Of a stretch of DNA of 64,000 nucleotides, positions 44,046-56,088 are shown one piece after another; within the stretch, counting starts at the first letter, position 1, and the number at the start of each line of letters is the position of its first letter. Source of the DNA: an uncultured Pelagibacteraceae bacterium (GTDB lineage Bacteria; Pseudomonadota; Alphaproteobacteria; Pelagibacterales; AG-422-B15); NCBI GenBank assembly GCA_902517885.1, contig CABYDZ010000002.1, forward strand, positions 71,805 to 135,804, given 5' to 3'. Both the position numbers and the translations under genes were made by a program. The notes under the pieces were generated by a model that saw only the letters and a list, made by a program, of their open reading frames with translations, ran no database searches and was not told where the DNA came from.

Positions 44046-44978
44046 TTAAGTTTTCTCTGCTAGAAACTTTTCTGCTTCAAGCGCAGCCATGCATCCCATG
44101 CCAGCTGCAGTCACAGCTTGACGGTAAGTTTTATCTTTTACATCACCTGCAGCGTAAACACCGTTAACGTTTGTTAGAGTTGAGTCAGGTTTTGTAATAA
44201 TGTAGCCTTCATTATCCATCTCAACTTGATTTCTGAAGATTTGTGTAGCAGGATCGTGTCCTATTGCTATAAACACTCCGTCTAATTCAATATCTTGTAT
44301 CTCATTAGTTTTTACATTTTTGACTTTAATACCTTTTACATTGAGAGGATCTTCATCACCCAGAATGTCCTGCAGTTGATGGTCCCAAATACATATAATT
44401 TTTTTATTATTAAAAAGTCTATCTTGAAGTATTTTTTCAGCTCTTAATTTATCTCTTCGGTGTATTAAATAAACTGTCGATGCAAAATTAGTTAAATACA
44501 AGGCTTCTTCTACAGCTGAATTGCCACCGCCAATAACAGCAACTTTTTTTTCTTTAAAGAAAAAGCCATCACATGTAGCGCATGCAGAAACTCCATATCC
44601 TTGAAATTTTTTTTCAGACTCTAGACCTAACCACCTTGCTTGAGCACCTGTTGAAATGATTACTGAATCGGCAGTATAAGTTTTACCAGACTCACTTATG
44701 GCTTTAAAGGGGGTTGATTTAAAATCTACAGTTTCAATAATATCACTAATAATTTTTGTTCCAACATTCTTTGCTTGGGCTTCCATTTGTTCCATAAGCC
44801 AAGGACCTTGGATTACATCTCCGTAACCAGGATAATTTTCAACATCAGTTGTTATTGTTAATTGACCTCCTGGTTGAATTCCCTGCACAAGAGTAGGTTC
44901 AAGCATAGCACGCGCAGCATAGATAGCGGCTGTATATCCTGCAGGTCCTGAACCAATTATGAGAACTTTTGAATGCAT
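44046..44978 (-). CDS. trxB: thioredoxin-disulfide reductase
   Basis: It has the FAD motif IIGSGPAG, the redox-active CATCDG and the NADPH motif GGGNSA. Confidence 0.96.
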   Translation of the reverse strand: MHSKVLIIGSGPAGYTAAIYAARAMLEPTLVQGIQPGGQLTITTDVENYPGYGDVIQGPWLMEQMEAQAKNVGTKIISDIIETVDFKSTPFKAISESGKTYTADSVIISTGAQARWLGLESEKKFQGYGVSACATCDGFFFKEKKVAVIGGGNSAVEEALYLTNFASTVYLIHRRDKLRAEKILQDRLFNNKKIICIWDHQLQDILGDEDPLNVKGIKVKNVKTNEIQDIELDGVFIAIGHDPATQIFRNQVEMDNEGYIITKPDSTLTNVNGVYAAGDVKDKTYRQAVTAAGMGCMAALEAEKFLAEKT

Positions 44979-45054
44979 TTGGCTTTTAGTATAATCTATA
45001 TATTATCAAACTAATTAAAAGAATATTTATATTCAGATTCTAAATAATATCTAA

Positions 45055-46026
45055 ATGAATAATTTCAAGACTAATAAGTTAGCATGGTGTTTAACTGATG
45101 GCTCAGCCGGCATGATTAGTCAAGTCAGAGGTCTTGCCGAAGCACTTAATGTAAATTATGAACTTAAAGTGGTAAAACTTAATTTTCCATGGAGTAAGCT
45201 GCCAGTTAATTTATTACCATTGTCAAATGTGATGTTTAAGAATTTAAATGACTTCAATCTAGATTCAAAAGCTCCAGATATATTGATTTCGTGTGGCAAA
45301 AGAAGCATCTATGCATCACTGTTCATTAAAAAGAAATCTATTAAACGGGTATTCTCTATCCATATTCAAAATCCAAGAGTAAACACAAACAATTTTGACA
45401 TTGTTGTTGCCCCATCTCACGACAATGTGATTGGAGACAATGTCATCACCACTGATCTTGCTATTAATCATATAACACCAAAACTACTTGATAAGCATGC
45501 AGAAAAAATGAAGGATAGCTTTGGGTCAATTCAAAAACCAATTTGTACGGTTTTTATTGGTGGTAAAAGCAGAAATTACAAATTTGATCAATCTAATGTT
45601 ATCGAATTAGCAAAGACTCTAGACAAAGTGATGAATAATAATAATGTCCAAATGTTTATTGTTTTTTCAAGAAGGACAGACGAATTTATAAAAGATTATT
45701 TAAAAAAGAAATACTCAAAACAAAATATTGTTTGGGAAGGAAAAGAGAATCCTTACTTAGCTCTTATGCATTACTCAAAATACCTAATCTGCACTTCAGA
45801 CTCAGTTTCAATCATATCTGAATCAGTGTCTGCAAAAAAACCAGTTTTTATATACAAGTTACCTACATCAAAAAGAAATAATCGAATTGAAAGTTTTATA
45901 TCAACTTTGGTCAAAAAAAATTATGTAAAAATATTATCAGATAGATTAGAGGATCATTCTAATTCTTATGAGAATGAAACAACGGAAGTAGCCAAAACAA
46001 TTTATGAAAGATATAGTAATCAATAA
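45055..46026 (+). CDS. ELM1/DUF1022 family protein (GT-B-like, function unknown in bacteria)
   Basis: It matches the pattern W.LTDGSAGM.SQ..GLAEAL...PDILISCG....FD.VV.P.HD...IGG.S..Y.....SRRT.....NPY...L.....L..T.DS.S..SE that I recognise from the ELM1 family. Confidence 0.7.
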   Translation: MNNFKTNKLAWCLTDGSAGMISQVRGLAEALNVNYELKVVKLNFPWSKLPVNLLPLSNVMFKNLNDFNLDSKAPDILISCGKRSIYASLFIKKKSIKRVFSIHIQNPRVNTNNFDIVVAPSHDNVIGDNVITTDLAINHITPKLLDKHAEKMKDSFGSIQKPICTVFIGGKSRNYKFDQSNVIELAKTLDKVMNNNNVQMFIVFSRRTDEFIKDYLKKKYSKQNIVWEGKENPYLALMHYSKYLICTSDSVSIISESVSAKKPVFIYKLPTSKRNNRIESFISTLVKKNYVKILSDRLEDHSNSYENETTEVAKTIYERYSNQ

Positions 46027-46652
46027 TGTCATTAGTTAATGCTCTAAAGAACGATTTAAATCATTTCAAAGAACCGTTTAGTCACTGGACATTGGAAAAT
46101 CCATTGTCAGAAACTTTAATAGACGAGGTTTATGATATTAAATTTCCAGAGGGTGATGTGATATTTGATGGAACTAGAGCAGGCGATAAAACAGGAAATA
46201 ATCTTTTAAGTAAATTAAGAGTTTTCATTACAAAGGAAAATTCATCTGATTATTCTGAATTGTATAAACTTGTAAAAGAAATGCAATCAAAGGAGTGTAC
46301 AGATTTAATTTCAAAAATGATTAACAGAAATTTATCAAATTCCTTTGTAAGGGTTGAAGTAATTGCTGATAAAAATGGTTTTTGGCTTGAGCCTCACTGC
46401 GATATAAAAGAAAAATTAATGTCGTCAATTTTATTTGTTAATAGATTTGGAGAAAACGAAAATCTTGGAACTGATTTTTATACCGCTGATCTTAAAGTTG
46501 CAAAGACCTTACCTTATAGAAATAATTTTGGGTATATTTTCACTTCAGAAAAAGACTCTTGGCATGGCTTAGAAAAAAAATATATCAAAAATGAGAGGCG
46601 ATGCTTGCAATTAAATTATGTTACTTTTGAAACAGACTGGCCAGTATATTGA
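46026..46652 (+). CDS. hypothetical protein, 2OG-Fe(II) oxygenase-like
   Basis: It has a candidate facial triad, H-x-D (LEPHCD) plus a distal His (DSWHG), and a downstream Arg (ERRCLQLNY). The N-terminal PFSHWTLENPL resembles the Tpa1/Ofd1-type 2OG oxygenase N-terminus. The start overlaps the upstream stop (TAATG). Confidence 0.4.
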   Translation: MSLVNALKNDLNHFKEPFSHWTLENPLSETLIDEVYDIKFPEGDVIFDGTRAGDKTGNNLLSKLRVFITKENSSDYSELYKLVKEMQSKECTDLISKMINRNLSNSFVRVEVIADKNGFWLEPHCDIKEKLMSSILFVNRFGENENLGTDFYTADLKVAKTLPYRNNFGYIFTSEKDSWHGLEKKYIKNERRCLQLNYVTFETDWPVY

Positions 46653-47122
46653 TGGTAAAAAAAGCGCTCGATAGTATAGATTTAAAAATACTAAGGATAC
46701 TTCAAGATGAGGGAAGAATATCCAATCTAGATCTTTCAAAAAAAATTGGTATGTCACCACCTCCGACCCTTAGAAGAGTGCGTGACTTAGAAGCCAATGG
46801 CTATATTGATGGATTTAGAGCTAACCTTGATCCAACAAAATTAGGATATGACTTAACAGCATGGATTTTTATCAGTCTAAAGAACCAGAATGAGGAGAGC
46901 CTGAGCGCTTTTGAAAAACAGATATGGGGATGGGAAGCAATAAGGGAGTGTTTTATGCTTAATGGCGAAATTGACTTTATTTTGAAATGTGTTGTTAAAA
47001 ATATGAATGAATTTAATGATTTTTTGACGCAAAACATCACACCCAATGAAAATATCTCAAGTGTTAAAACTGCATTTGTAATAAAGAATACTAAAAAACT
47101 AGGTAACGTTCCTTTAGACTAG
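46649..47122 (+). CDS. Lrp/AsnC family transcriptional regulator
   Basis: It has an HTH segment ([47 protein letters not shown]) plus a RAM domain. The probable start is the ATG at 46652, which overlaps the upstream TGA. Confidence 0.9.
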   Translation: MMVKKALDSIDLKILRILQDEGRISNLDLSKKIGMSPPPTLRRVRDLEANGYIDGFRANLDPTKLGYDLTAWIFISLKNQNEESLSAFEKQIWGWEAIRECFMLNGEIDFILKCVVKNMNEFNDFLTQNITPNENISSVKTAFVIKNTKKLGNVPLD

Positions 47123-50100
47123 TGAAAGCTAGTAATTTGATTAACTTCAAGATCGTTGTTGCGTAATTCCTTAATTGAATTTATGGCTGCTCTTGCCCCT
47201 GATATTGTGAGAAAGTAAGGCAGGCTCTTCATTAATGCTGTTCTTCTTACACTAAAGGAGTCATTTATAGATTTTCTGCCCTCTGTTGTGTTTATTAGTA
47301 TATCTATATTCTCATCTAATAAATCTTCCACAATGTGAGGTGAACCTTGAGACACTTTATTAATCTTACTGACATTAATTCCTTGATCCATTAAATATGA
47401 AGCCGTGCCATGTGTAGCCTTAATTTTAAATCCAAGTTTTTGAAAGGACCTAACAATAGGTACTATTTTTGGTTTATCAGAATTCTTAACAGATACGAAT
47501 AAATTACCTTTCTTTGGAAGAGGGTTTGATGAAGCTAATTGGCATTTAATAAATGCCGCTTCAAATGACTTATCAATCGCCATGACTTCTCCTGTCGATT
47601 TCATCTCAGGACCTAATATTGTATCAACATTTGGAAATCTTTTGAAAGGAAACACTGGTTCCTTAATTGAAATATATTCTTTTTTACTTTCTTTGAAATC
47701 TCTCTTATTTAATTTCTTACCCATTGCAACATTTAGTGCAATCTTAACAATGGGGTTTCCTGTTGCTTTTGCAACAAAAGGAACTGTTCTACTACTTCTA
47801 GGATTAACTTCTAAGAGGAAGATATTATTGTTTTGTATAGCAAATTGAATATTTAAAAGGCCTTTTACATCAAGTGCTATTGCAAGTTTTTTTGTTTGTT
47901 TCTCAATATCTTTTATAATTTTTTCTGATAATGAGTACGGAGGTAGTGTACACGTTGAGTCGCCTGAATGTATTCCTGCTTCTTCAATATGTTCCATAAT
48001 ACCTGCAATAATTACTTTATTTCCATCAGACACTGCGTCTACATCAACCTCAATTGAGTCTTTCAAATAATGATCAATTAAGACTGGACTATCTCCTGAA
48101 ACAATAACCGCTTCTTTGAAATATTTCTTGAGCTCATCTTTATTATGAACAATTTCCATTGCTCTGCCTCCTAAAACATATGAGGGTCGTATGACAGCAG
48201 GAAATCCAATCTTATTAATGACCTCGAAAGCTTGCTTTTCTGAAAATGCTATGCCATTTGCAGGTTGTAGAAGATTTAAGTCCTCTGATATTTTTTTAAA
48301 TTTTTCTCTATCTTCAGCGGCATCAATTGAATCTTTGGAGGTTCCAAGAATTGGAATTCTCATCTTATTTAAAAATGATGCTAGTTTAAGAGGGGTCTGG
48401 CCTCCAAACTGTACAATGACACCAAGCAATTTGCCTTTAGTTTTTTCTTTTAATATTATGTCGTATACATTCTCTTCAGCGAGTGGTTCAAAATACAGTC
48501 GATCGCTTGTATCCGGATCTGTTGATACTGTTTCTGGATTACAATTTATCATAATCGTCTCATATTTAAGCTCTTTAAGTGCAAATGACGCGTGACAACA
48601 ACAATAATCAAATTCAACCCCTTGACCAATTCTGTTAGGACCACTTCCCAATATGATTACTTTCTTTTTACTCGATGGATTTGACTCGCATGTATCCCCA
48701 TTGAGATAACTTTTTGAATATGTCGAATACATGTAAGGAGTCATTGATTTAAATTCAGCTGCACAGGTATCAATTCTCTTGAAATCAGGGAATATTTTAT
48801 TTTTTTTCCTTAAGTCAAATATTCTATCTTCGCTCAATCCACATAGTTGAGATATTTTTCTATCTGAAAACCCTAATGCTTTAATTTTTAAAATCTCCTC
48901 AGGGTTTTTTGGAAACCCTTTTGACTTAAGTTCAATCTCTTTATCTACAATTCGCTTAATTTGTTCAATGAACCATTTGTCAACTTTTGAAGCATTATAA
49001 ATTTCTTTGACTGATTTCCCAAAACGCAAAGCTTGCGCAATAAGTAAGAGACGATCTGCTAGAGGTTTCTTAAGTTCACTGATTATATTTTTTTTATTTA
49101 GTTTTTTATTATTTATATTTATTTTTACTTCATCAAGCCCATCTAATCCAACCTCGAGAGATCTCATTGCTTTTTGAAGTGACTCGGGAAATGATCTACC
49201 TATGGCCATGACCTCACCGACAGATTTCATGGAACTAGAAAGAAGTGGCTGTGTGAGTTGGAATTTTTCAAAAGTAAATCTTGGAATCTTTGTTACTACG
49301 TAGTCAATTGTTGGCTCAAAGGAAGCAGGAGTTACTCTTGTAATTTCATTCCTTAATTCATCTAAAGTATATCCTACCGCAAGCTTTGCAGCAATTTTAG
49401 CAATTGGAAATCCTGTAGCTTTAGAAGCTAATGCTGATGATCTTGACACTCTAGGGTTCATCTCAATGATAACTAGACGACCATTTTTTGGATTTACAGC
49501 AAATTGAACATTTGAACCACCAGTTTCAACTCCAATTTCTCTCAAACAAGCTATTGAGGCGTTCCTCATAATTTGAAATTCTTTATCTGTTAATGTTAGT
49601 GCAGGAGCAATAGTAATGGAGTCGCCCGTATGAATTCCCATTGGATCTATATTTTCAATTGAGCAAATAATAATACAATTATCATTTCGATCCCTGACAA
49701 CTTCCATTTCATACTCTTTCCAACCGGCAACAGACTCTTCAATTAAAATTTCACTAATAGGAGAACTGTAAAGACCTGAATTGGCTATTTCATCAAATTG
49801 CTTTTCTGTAGTTGCAATTCCTCCTCCTGTACCACCCAGAGTAAAAGAGGGTCTAATAATTACTGGAAGTCCAATTTTTTTTAGAGCTTTTTTTGCATCT
49901 TTAAAGTTTCGGGCTATTTCTGCTCTAGGACATTCAAGACCAATTTTTATCATTGCTTTATAGAATCTCTCTCTTTCTTCAGCTTTTTTTATTGCTTTGA
50001 GATTTGCTCCAATGAGCTCAACATTATACTTTTTAAGGGTACCATTGTTAGAAAGAGCAATAGCAATATTCAATGCTGTCTGTCCTCCCATAGTGGGCAA

Positions 50101-50358
50101 CATTACATCAGGTTTTTCTTTGGCTATTATCTTAGTTACAATTTCAGGAGTAATTGGTTCAATGTAAACCGCATCAGCTGTATCAGGGTCAGTCATAATA
50201 GTAGCAGGATTAGAATTAATTAAAATTACTCTATACCCTTCTTCTCTTAACGCTTTACACGCCTGAGTACCTGAATAATCAAACTCACATGCTTGGCCTA
50301 TAATGATTGGTCCAGCGCCTACCACCAGTATTGATTTAATATCATTCCTTTTAGGCAT
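47119..50358 (-). CDS. carB: carbamoyl-phosphate synthase large subunit
   Basis: This 1079-aa protein has duplicated ATP-grasp halves. The N-terminus [22 protein letters not shown] is typical of CarB. Confidence 0.98.
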   Translation of the reverse strand: MPKRNDIKSILVVGAGPIIIGQACEFDYSGTQACKALREEGYRVILINSNPATIMTDPDTADAVYIEPITPEIVTKIIAKEKPDVMLPTMGGQTALNIAIALSNNGTLKKYNVELIGANLKAIKKAEERERFYKAMIKIGLECPRAEIARNFKDAKKALKKIGLPVIIRPSFTLGGTGGGIATTEKQFDEIANSGLYSSPISEILIEESVAGWKEYEMEVVRDRNDNCIIICSIENIDPMGIHTGDSITIAPALTLTDKEFQIMRNASIACLREIGVETGGSNVQFAVNPKNGRLVIIEMNPRVSRSSALASKATGFPIAKIAAKLAVGYTLDELRNEITRVTPASFEPTIDYVVTKIPRFTFEKFQLTQPLLSSSMKSVGEVMAIGRSFPESLQKAMRSLEVGLDGLDEVKININNKKLNKKNIISELKKPLADRLLLIAQALRFGKSVKEIYNASKVDKWFIEQIKRIVDKEIELKSKGFPKNPEEILKIKALGFSDRKISQLCGLSEDRIFDLRKKNKIFPDFKRIDTCAAEFKSMTPYMYSTYSKSYLNGDTCESNPSSKKKVIILGSGPNRIGQGVEFDYCCCHASFALKELKYETIMINCNPETVSTDPDTSDRLYFEPLAEENVYDIILKEKTKGKLLGVIVQFGGQTPLKLASFLNKMRIPILGTSKDSIDAAEDREKFKKISEDLNLLQPANGIAFSEKQAFEVINKIGFPAVIRPSYVLGGRAMEIVHNKDELKKYFKEAVIVSGDSPVLIDHYLKDSIEVDVDAVSDGNKVIIAGIMEHIEEAGIHSGDSTCTLPPYSLSEKIIKDIEKQTKKLAIALDVKGLLNIQFAIQNNNIFLLEVNPRSSRTVPFVAKATGNPIVKIALNVAMGKKLNKRDFKESKKEYISIKEPVFPFKRFPNVDTILGPEMKSTGEVMAIDKSFEAAFIKCQLASSNPLPKKGNLFVSVKNSDKPKIVPIVRSFQKLGFKIKATHGTASYLMDQGINVSKINKVSQGSPHIVEDLLDENIDILINTTEGRKSINDSFSVRRTALMKSLPYFLTISGARAAINSIKELRNNDLEVNQITSFH

Positions 50359-51502
50359 TACTGTTTATCATCCTTTTAAATTTTTGAAAAAGATACTGGC
50401 TGTCATGAGGTCCAGGGCTTGCTTCTGGATGGTATTGAACTGCAAAAATCTTTTTATTTTTATGCTCTATACCCTCAACACTGCCATCAAATAAAGATTT
50501 ATGCGTAATCTTAACATCTTTAGGGATAGACTTTTCAGTAACTACAAAACCATGGTTTTGAGATGTTATCTCTACCTTTTTGTTTTCTAAATTTTGAACA
50601 GGGTGATTAGCCCCTCGATGGCCTTGAAACATTTTTTTTGTCTTAGCGCCAAGCGCGAGAGATATTAATTGATGCCCTAAACAGATGCCAAAAATGGGAA
50701 TCTTTTGATGAATTAAATCTTTTATGGTTTGTATAGCATATTTACCCGTAGCTTTTGGATCACCAGGACCATTTGATAAAAAAATTCCATTAGGATTATA
50801 TTCTAATATTTCATCTGATGTAGTATTTGCAGGAACTACAATTACATTTATATTCAATTCAAGCAGGCAATTTAAGATATTTTGCTTCATGCCATAATCA
50901 ATTGCTACTATGTTTAATTTTGACTTTGATTTACTTTTAAATTTCTGAATTTTTTTGCGTGTTACTTCGATTGCAAGATCAAGATTGTTAAGTCCCTGCC
51001 ATTTTTTTACTTCTGAAAGAAATTTTTTTTCATGACGTTTATTTATAAGTTTTTTAACAATTCCTCCTTTTGGAGCTCCCTTAGATCTTATTCTATTGGT
51101 AATTGATCTTGTATCTATATTGCATAATCCAGGAATACCTTTTTTTTTAAGCCATTTATCTAAATGCTGTATAGATCTGAAGTTAGAAGGATCGGAAATA
51201 TCACAATTAATTATTATGCCTTTTGCATAAGAAATTGATGACTCATTATCTTCAAAGTTTGTCCCAACATTTCCAATGTGAGGAAATGTAAAATTAATTA
51301 TTTGACCTGCATATGATGGATCAGTAATAATTTCTTGGTAACCAGTCATTGAAGTATTGAAACAAACTTCGCCAATAGAATTGATATCTGATCCGATTTT
51401 TAAACCCTCGAAGGAAGTACCGTCTTCTAGAATTAGCTGTCCTGAAATAGGTTTAGATCGAGCGGTTATGCGATCTTTTTTCAACCTATTCGTCTTTAAC
51501 AT
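50351..51502 (-). CDS. carA: carbamoyl-phosphate synthase small subunit
   Basis: It has a GATase catalytic Cys context (GICLGHQL) and the tail [13 protein letters not shown]. Confidence 0.97.
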   Translation of the reverse strand: MLKTNRLKKDRITARSKPISGQLILEDGTSFEGLKIGSDINSIGEVCFNTSMTGYQEIITDPSYAGQIINFTFPHIGNVGTNFEDNESSISYAKGIIINCDISDPSNFRSIQHLDKWLKKKGIPGLCNIDTRSITNRIRSKGAPKGGIVKKLINKRHEKKFLSEVKKWQGLNNLDLAIEVTRKKIQKFKSKSKSKLNIVAIDYGMKQNILNCLLELNINVIVVPANTTSDEILEYNPNGIFLSNGPGDPKATGKYAIQTIKDLIHQKIPIFGICLGHQLISLALGAKTKKMFQGHRGANHPVQNLENKKVEITSQNHGFVVTEKSIPKDVKITHKSLFDGSVEGIEHKNKKIFAVQYHPEASPGPHDSQYLFQKFKRMINSNA

Positions 51503-51633
51503 AAGAAAATGATTCTAGATTTATTGGAATTTAAGGCAAATGAATGCCCGATGCAATAGTAAGATAATAAAATATTATTTTAACTTTTATTGATACTTAA
51601 GATTAGTTGATGTAGTTTTCTTATTCGTCCCGT

Positions 51634-52089
51634 ATGAAAGATATAATCACAAATGAATTGTCAAAGGCACTGAAAAATGGTGATAAAGAGAGATTACATA
51701 CATTAAGGTTAATAATCGCCACAATAAAAGACAAAGAAATTGCTAGCCGCTCTTCTGGTGAAGACTCAGAAATACTAGAAGATACAATCATACAACTTTT
51801 AAAAAAAATGGTTAAGCAACGAAATGATTCGATCGATATGTTTGAAAAAGCAGGTCGGACTGAGTTAGCAGAAAAAGAGAAATTAGAAATCACAATTATC
51901 AATGAATTTTTGCCAAAACAGCTAAGTGAAGAAGAAACAGCCACAATATGTGATAAAGCAATTAGTGTAACAGAAGCTTCAAGCCTCAAAGAAATCGGTA
52001 AAGTAATTAAATATCTTAAAGATAACAGCTCTTCTTCATTAGATATGTCGCTTGCAAGTAAATTAATAAAGGAAAAGCTACAAAATTAG
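51634..52089 (+). CDS. GatB/YqeY domain protein
   Basis: This 151-aa protein has the LKNGDKERLHTLRLIIATIKDKEI and ELAEKEKLEITII.EFLP segments typical of YqeY. It lies upstream of dnaG-rpoD. Confidence 0.85.
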   Translation: MKDIITNELSKALKNGDKERLHTLRLIIATIKDKEIASRSSGEDSEILEDTIIQLLKKMVKQRNDSIDMFEKAGRTELAEKEKLEITIINEFLPKQLSEEETATICDKAISVTEASSLKEIGKVIKYLKDNSSSSLDMSLASKLIKEKLQN

Positions 52090-52133
52090 TCGTAATTTGC
52101 TAACTATTTTTTCCTGTAATTAGGTACTATACT

Positions 52134-53945
52134 TTGTTGATGCCCAGATACTCAAAAGAATTTATTACTGAAATTAAGTCAAGACTCAGAGTTTCCGAGG
52201 TTGTTGGTAAATTTGTAAAGTTGACTCAGCGCGGAAATGAATTTGTTGGTTTAAGTCCATTTAAGAATGAGAAGACACCATCATTTACAGTTAATGATGA
52301 TAAAGAGTTTTTTCATTGTTTTAGTAGCGCAGAACATGGAGATATATTTTCATTTCTTATGAAGCATAAAAATATGTCTTATCCTGACTCAATTGAATAT
52401 CTTGCAAAGCAGGCTGGGCTAAATCCTGAATCTGGAATTATAAAGGACTCTAATTATGTTCAAAATAATTATGCAAGCCTAAGAAGCATTATGACTGAGG
52501 CAAACAAATTTTATACGTCAATGCTAAAACAGAGTGAGGGGATTAAGAAATATTTGGAGAAAAGACAAGTTAATAATGATATGTGGGAAAAATTTGAGTT
52601 AGGATTTGCAGGATCTCAAAGTAATCAACTTTATCTTCACTTAAAGAAGATTGGAGTAAATATCGAAGATGCTTTGTTACTGGGACTTATAAGAAAATCA
52701 AAACATAAAGAAAATGAATATTACGATTTTTTTAGAAACAGACTTATGTTTCCAATTAAAGATTATAAATCAAATTTAATTGCATTTGGAGGAAGAGCGA
52801 TAGATAGCTCTAATATTAAATATATAAATTCTTCTGATAGTCCAATTTTTAAAAAGAGCTATAATCTGTTTAATCTTAATTTGGCGATTGAAGAGAATAG
52901 AAAAGTTGAAAATCTTATTATAGTTGAAGGCTATATGGATGTGATATCCTTATTTCAGAATAACTTTAAAACCACTGTTGCTCCCTTAGGTACTGCGCTC
53001 ACCAGTTATCAACTGCAAAGAGCATGGAAAGTATGCAATAGTCCAATTATTATGTTTGATGGGGATGAAGCAGGTCAAAAGGCAGCTGAGCGAGCAGCAG
53101 TTTTAGCTTTAAGTAATATATCATCAGACTTATCAGCAAGGTTTTGTATTTTGCCGAGTGATTATGACCCCGATGATTTTTTATTACAAAATAGTCCCGA
53201 AGAACTTAAGAAGACATTGAATAACTCATATTCTTTATCAGAATTTATTTGGAAGGTAGAATTAGAAAAACAAGATATTTCAACTCCAGAAAAAAAAGCT
53301 GGATTTGAAAAAAGAATTAAGGCAATGACAAGCAAGATTGAGGATCCGACTGTAAGAGATTATTATATCAAAGAATTCAATGATAAAATTAATGTTCTTA
53401 AAAGACCACATTTTCAGAAGAATGCTTCATACTCTCGTTATATTGATAATAAAGTTTCAAAAGAGATTACTAATAGTGATAGGGTAAATCAATCTAGTCA
53501 CGATTCAGTAGTCAGAGAAAAAATTATCTTAATGCACGTTATTGAGAACCCGTTTCTTTTATTAAAGTATATTGAGGAACTGGGAAGAATTAGCTTTAAT
53601 GACCTTAAATTAGCAAATTTAGTGTCAGAAATCATTGAATTTGGATCAATAAATTCAGATAAAGATCTTGAAAATTTTGACTTTAAGTCATATTTACTAG
53701 ATAAGGGTCTCACAGAAGAAATTGCACTTATATATAAGACTAATTTAATTAAAACTTACAGATCAGTCATAAAAAGTGATTTTGAAACAGTTGAAAAAAG
53801 TTTTTTAGGACTACTTGACTTACATAACAAGCTGCTTGAAAAAAAAGATCTGTCACAAGCTTTCAAAGATTTAGAGCAGAATATGGATCAGGAAAGTTAT
53901 GAAAATTTTTTAAAAATAAAAAAAGAGAGTTTAGCAAAAAATTGA
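52134..53945 (+). CDS. dnaG: DNA primase
   Basis: It has an N-terminal NEKTPSFTV...FHCF segment and a TOPRIM domain ([23 protein letters not shown]). The likely start is the ATG at 52140. Confidence 0.95.
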   Translation: MLMPRYSKEFITEIKSRLRVSEVVGKFVKLTQRGNEFVGLSPFKNEKTPSFTVNDDKEFFHCFSSAEHGDIFSFLMKHKNMSYPDSIEYLAKQAGLNPESGIIKDSNYVQNNYASLRSIMTEANKFYTSMLKQSEGIKKYLEKRQVNNDMWEKFELGFAGSQSNQLYLHLKKIGVNIEDALLLGLIRKSKHKENEYYDFFRNRLMFPIKDYKSNLIAFGGRAIDSSNIKYINSSDSPIFKKSYNLFNLNLAIEENRKVENLIIVEGYMDVISLFQNNFKTTVAPLGTALTSYQLQRAWKVCNSPIIMFDGDEAGQKAAERAAVLALSNISSDLSARFCILPSDYDPDDFLLQNSPEELKKTLNNSYSLSEFIWKVELEKQDISTPEKKAGFEKRIKAMTSKIEDPTVRDYYIKEFNDKINVLKRPHFQKNASYSRYIDNKVSKEITNSDRVNQSSHDSVVREKIILMHVIENPFLLLKYIEELGRISFNDLKLANLVSEIIEFGSINSDKDLENFDFKSYLLDKGLTEEIALIYKTNLIKTYRSVIKSDFETVEKSFLGLLDLHNKLLEKKDLSQAFKDLEQNMDQESYENFLKIKKESLAKN

Positions 53946-53946
53946 T

Positions 53947-55962
53947 ATGAAAAAACGTGGTAGAAAAAAAAAGCAGTCAAAGCAATCACTAGAGATTAAT
54001 ATATCTCAACCAATCGATCAAGATGGACCTGTTTTAGATTTAGAAAAGTCTATTATAAAGAAGTTAATCAAGCAAGGGAAGAAAGACGGATATCTAACAA
54101 ATGAACTGATAAAAAAATCATTTCCAGAAGATAAGTTTACTTCTGAACAAATTGAGCAGTATACAACTAAGTTGTCACAAGCAGGATTTGATATTATTGA
54201 CTCAGATGACTCAGATAATGACGACGATAAAGAAGATGATACTGCTGGCAGTAAAACAGGAACAGAAAAAACAGATGACCCGGTAAAACTCTATCTTAGA
54301 GAAATGGGTACAGTTGATCTTCTTTCACGTGAAGGTGAGATAGCCATTGCCAAAAGGATTGAAGCTGGACAGGAAGCTATGATTTCTGGATTATGTGAAA
54401 GTCCATTAACATTAAAAGCAATTCTTGATTGGAGAGACGATATTATTGAAGAAAAAATTACTCTCAGGGAGGTCATAGATCTTGAGTCTTTGTTTGAAGA
54501 ATCTCCTAACAAAAAAGAACTTAGTAAAAAAATTAAAGAAGCAAAAAAAAGAAAGGAACAAGAGGAAAAGGAAGAAATAAGAAAGCGAAAAGAAGCTGAA
54601 AAAAAATCAGCAACTTATGGAAATGATACTGAACCGATGATAGAAACCTCAGCGGACCAGTCAGTAGAAGAATATGAAGATTCTGATGATGAGTTGAATG
54701 TGTCTATTGCCATTATGGAAGAGGAGCTAAAACCTATTATATTAGAAACGTTTAAAAAATTAAATAAAAGTTTTAAAAAATTACAAAAGCTTCAACAAGA
54801 CAAAATCGCTTTTCAAGAAAAAGGAAAAGAATTTCCAGCAAGATCAGAAAAAAATTATCAACTGTCAAAAATTGCTGTCGTTGAATTAATCAAAGGCCTT
54901 CAAATTAATACAAGTAAAATTGAGGAACTGATTAATAAGCTCTACATAATCAATAAAGAAGTCGTATCACTAGAAGGAAAATTACTTCGCTTAGCCATGC
55001 AGCACAAGATCACTCGAGAAGAGTTTTTAGATAAGTATGTAGGCAATGAAAACAATCCATACTGGTTAAGAAAAATTACGAGACTGTCGGGGTGGGAAAA
55101 GTTTGTTAAGTTAGAGAAAAATAGTATCAAGAATATAATGAACGAAGTAAGAGCATCTGCTAGCAATATAGGATTAACATTAAATGAATTTAAAAGAATT
55201 GTTAGTAATGTTCAAAAAGGCGAAAGAGAATCAAGTATTGCAAAAAAAGAAATGATTGAAGCTAATCTTAGATTAGTAATCTCAATTGCTAAAAAATACA
55301 CAAACAGAGGGCTTCAGTTTCTTGATCTTATTCAGGAGGGAAATATCGGACTCATGAAAGCTGTTGATAAGTTTGAGTATAGGAGAGGATATAAATTTTC
55401 AACTTATGCTACGTGGTGGATTAGGCAAGCAATTACTCGCTCAATAGCGGATCAGGCGAGAACTATCAGAATACCTGTGCATATGATTGAAACAATTAAT
55501 AAAATTGTTAGAACACAGAGACTTCTATTAAATGAAATTGGCCGGGAACCTACTCCAGAAGAAATATCTATCAAATTAAATATGCCTCTTGAGAAAGTAA
55601 GAAAAGTATTAAAAATTGCAAAAGAACCAGTAAGCCTTGAAACTCCTGTGGGAGACGAAGAAGACAGTCACTTAGGCGATTTTATACAAGATGACAACGC
55701 TGTCATTCCAATCGATGCAGCGATAAATTCTAACTTAAGACAAACAACCACTAAGATATTGTCCTCGCTTACTCCAAGAGAAGAACGTGTACTAAGAATG
55801 AGGTTTGGTATTGGAATGAATTCAGACCATACTTTAGAAGAAGTTGGCCAACAATTCTCAGTTACTAGAGAGCGAATTAGACAGATTGAAGCTAAAGCCT
55901 TACGAAAATTAAAGCATCCTACAAGAGCTAAACTTCTCAAAAGCTTTTTAGATAAAAACTAA
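53947..55962 (+). CDS. rpoD: RNA polymerase sigma-70 factor RpoD
   Basis: It has an acidic region 1, region 2 ([27 protein letters not shown]) and region 4 ([27 protein letters not shown]). Confidence 0.98.
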   Translation: MKKRGRKKKQSKQSLEINISQPIDQDGPVLDLEKSIIKKLIKQGKKDGYLTNELIKKSFPEDKFTSEQIEQYTTKLSQAGFDIIDSDDSDNDDDKEDDTAGSKTGTEKTDDPVKLYLREMGTVDLLSREGEIAIAKRIEAGQEAMISGLCESPLTLKAILDWRDDIIEEKITLREVIDLESLFEESPNKKELSKKIKEAKKRKEQEEKEEIRKRKEAEKKSATYGNDTEPMIETSADQSVEEYEDSDDELNVSIAIMEEELKPIILETFKKLNKSFKKLQKLQQDKIAFQEKGKEFPARSEKNYQLSKIAVVELIKGLQINTSKIEELINKLYIINKEVVSLEGKLLRLAMQHKITREEFLDKYVGNENNPYWLRKITRLSGWEKFVKLEKNSIKNIMNEVRASASNIGLTLNEFKRIVSNVQKGERESSIAKKEMIEANLRLVISIAKKYTNRGLQFLDLIQEGNIGLMKAVDKFEYRRGYKFSTYATWWIRQAITRSIADQARTIRIPVHMIETINKIVRTQRLLLNEIGREPTPEEISIKLNMPLEKVRKVLKIAKEPVSLETPVGDEEDSHLGDFIQDDNAVIPIDAAINSNLRQTTTKILSSLTPREERVLRMRFGIGMNSDHTLEEVGQQFSVTRERIRQIEAKALRKLKHPTRAKLLKSFLDKN

Positions 55963-56011
55963 TTTATTAAACTGTAAATACGTTTATTTATTGTATATAA
56001 CAAATTTAAAG

Positions 56012-56088
56012 GGGCCCATAGCTCAGTTGGTTAGAGCCCTCCGCTCATAACGGAGTTGTCCTAGGTTCGAGTCCTAGTGGGCCCACCA
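56012..56088 (+). tRNA. tRNA with CAU anticodon (elongator Met or lysidine-modified Ile2)
   Basis: It folds as a cloverleaf by hand: acceptor GGGCCCA/TGGGCCC, D arm GCTC-AGTTGGTTA-GAGC, anticodon stem CTCCG/CGGAG with loop CTCATAA, T arm CTAGG-TTCGAGT-CCTAG, and an encoded CCA. The C4:G69 and C5:G68 pairs resemble tRNA-Ile2, but the identity is not resolved. Confidence 0.9.

Noticed and set aside
51503-51633. Possible regulatory RNA or attenuator in the 131-bp carA/yqeY divergent spacer
   Set aside because: Only a 4-bp inverted repeat (GGCA...TGCC) and one GANTC site are present. There is no convincing structure, leader peptide or terminator, so it is most simply a divergent promoter region.
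51621-51989. A 122-aa minus-strand ORF overlapping the GatB/YqeY gene
   Set aside because: It is antisense to a well-supported YqeY frame. The Ser/Ile/Phe-rich translation mirrors Glu/Lys/Asp codons. It is judged spurious.
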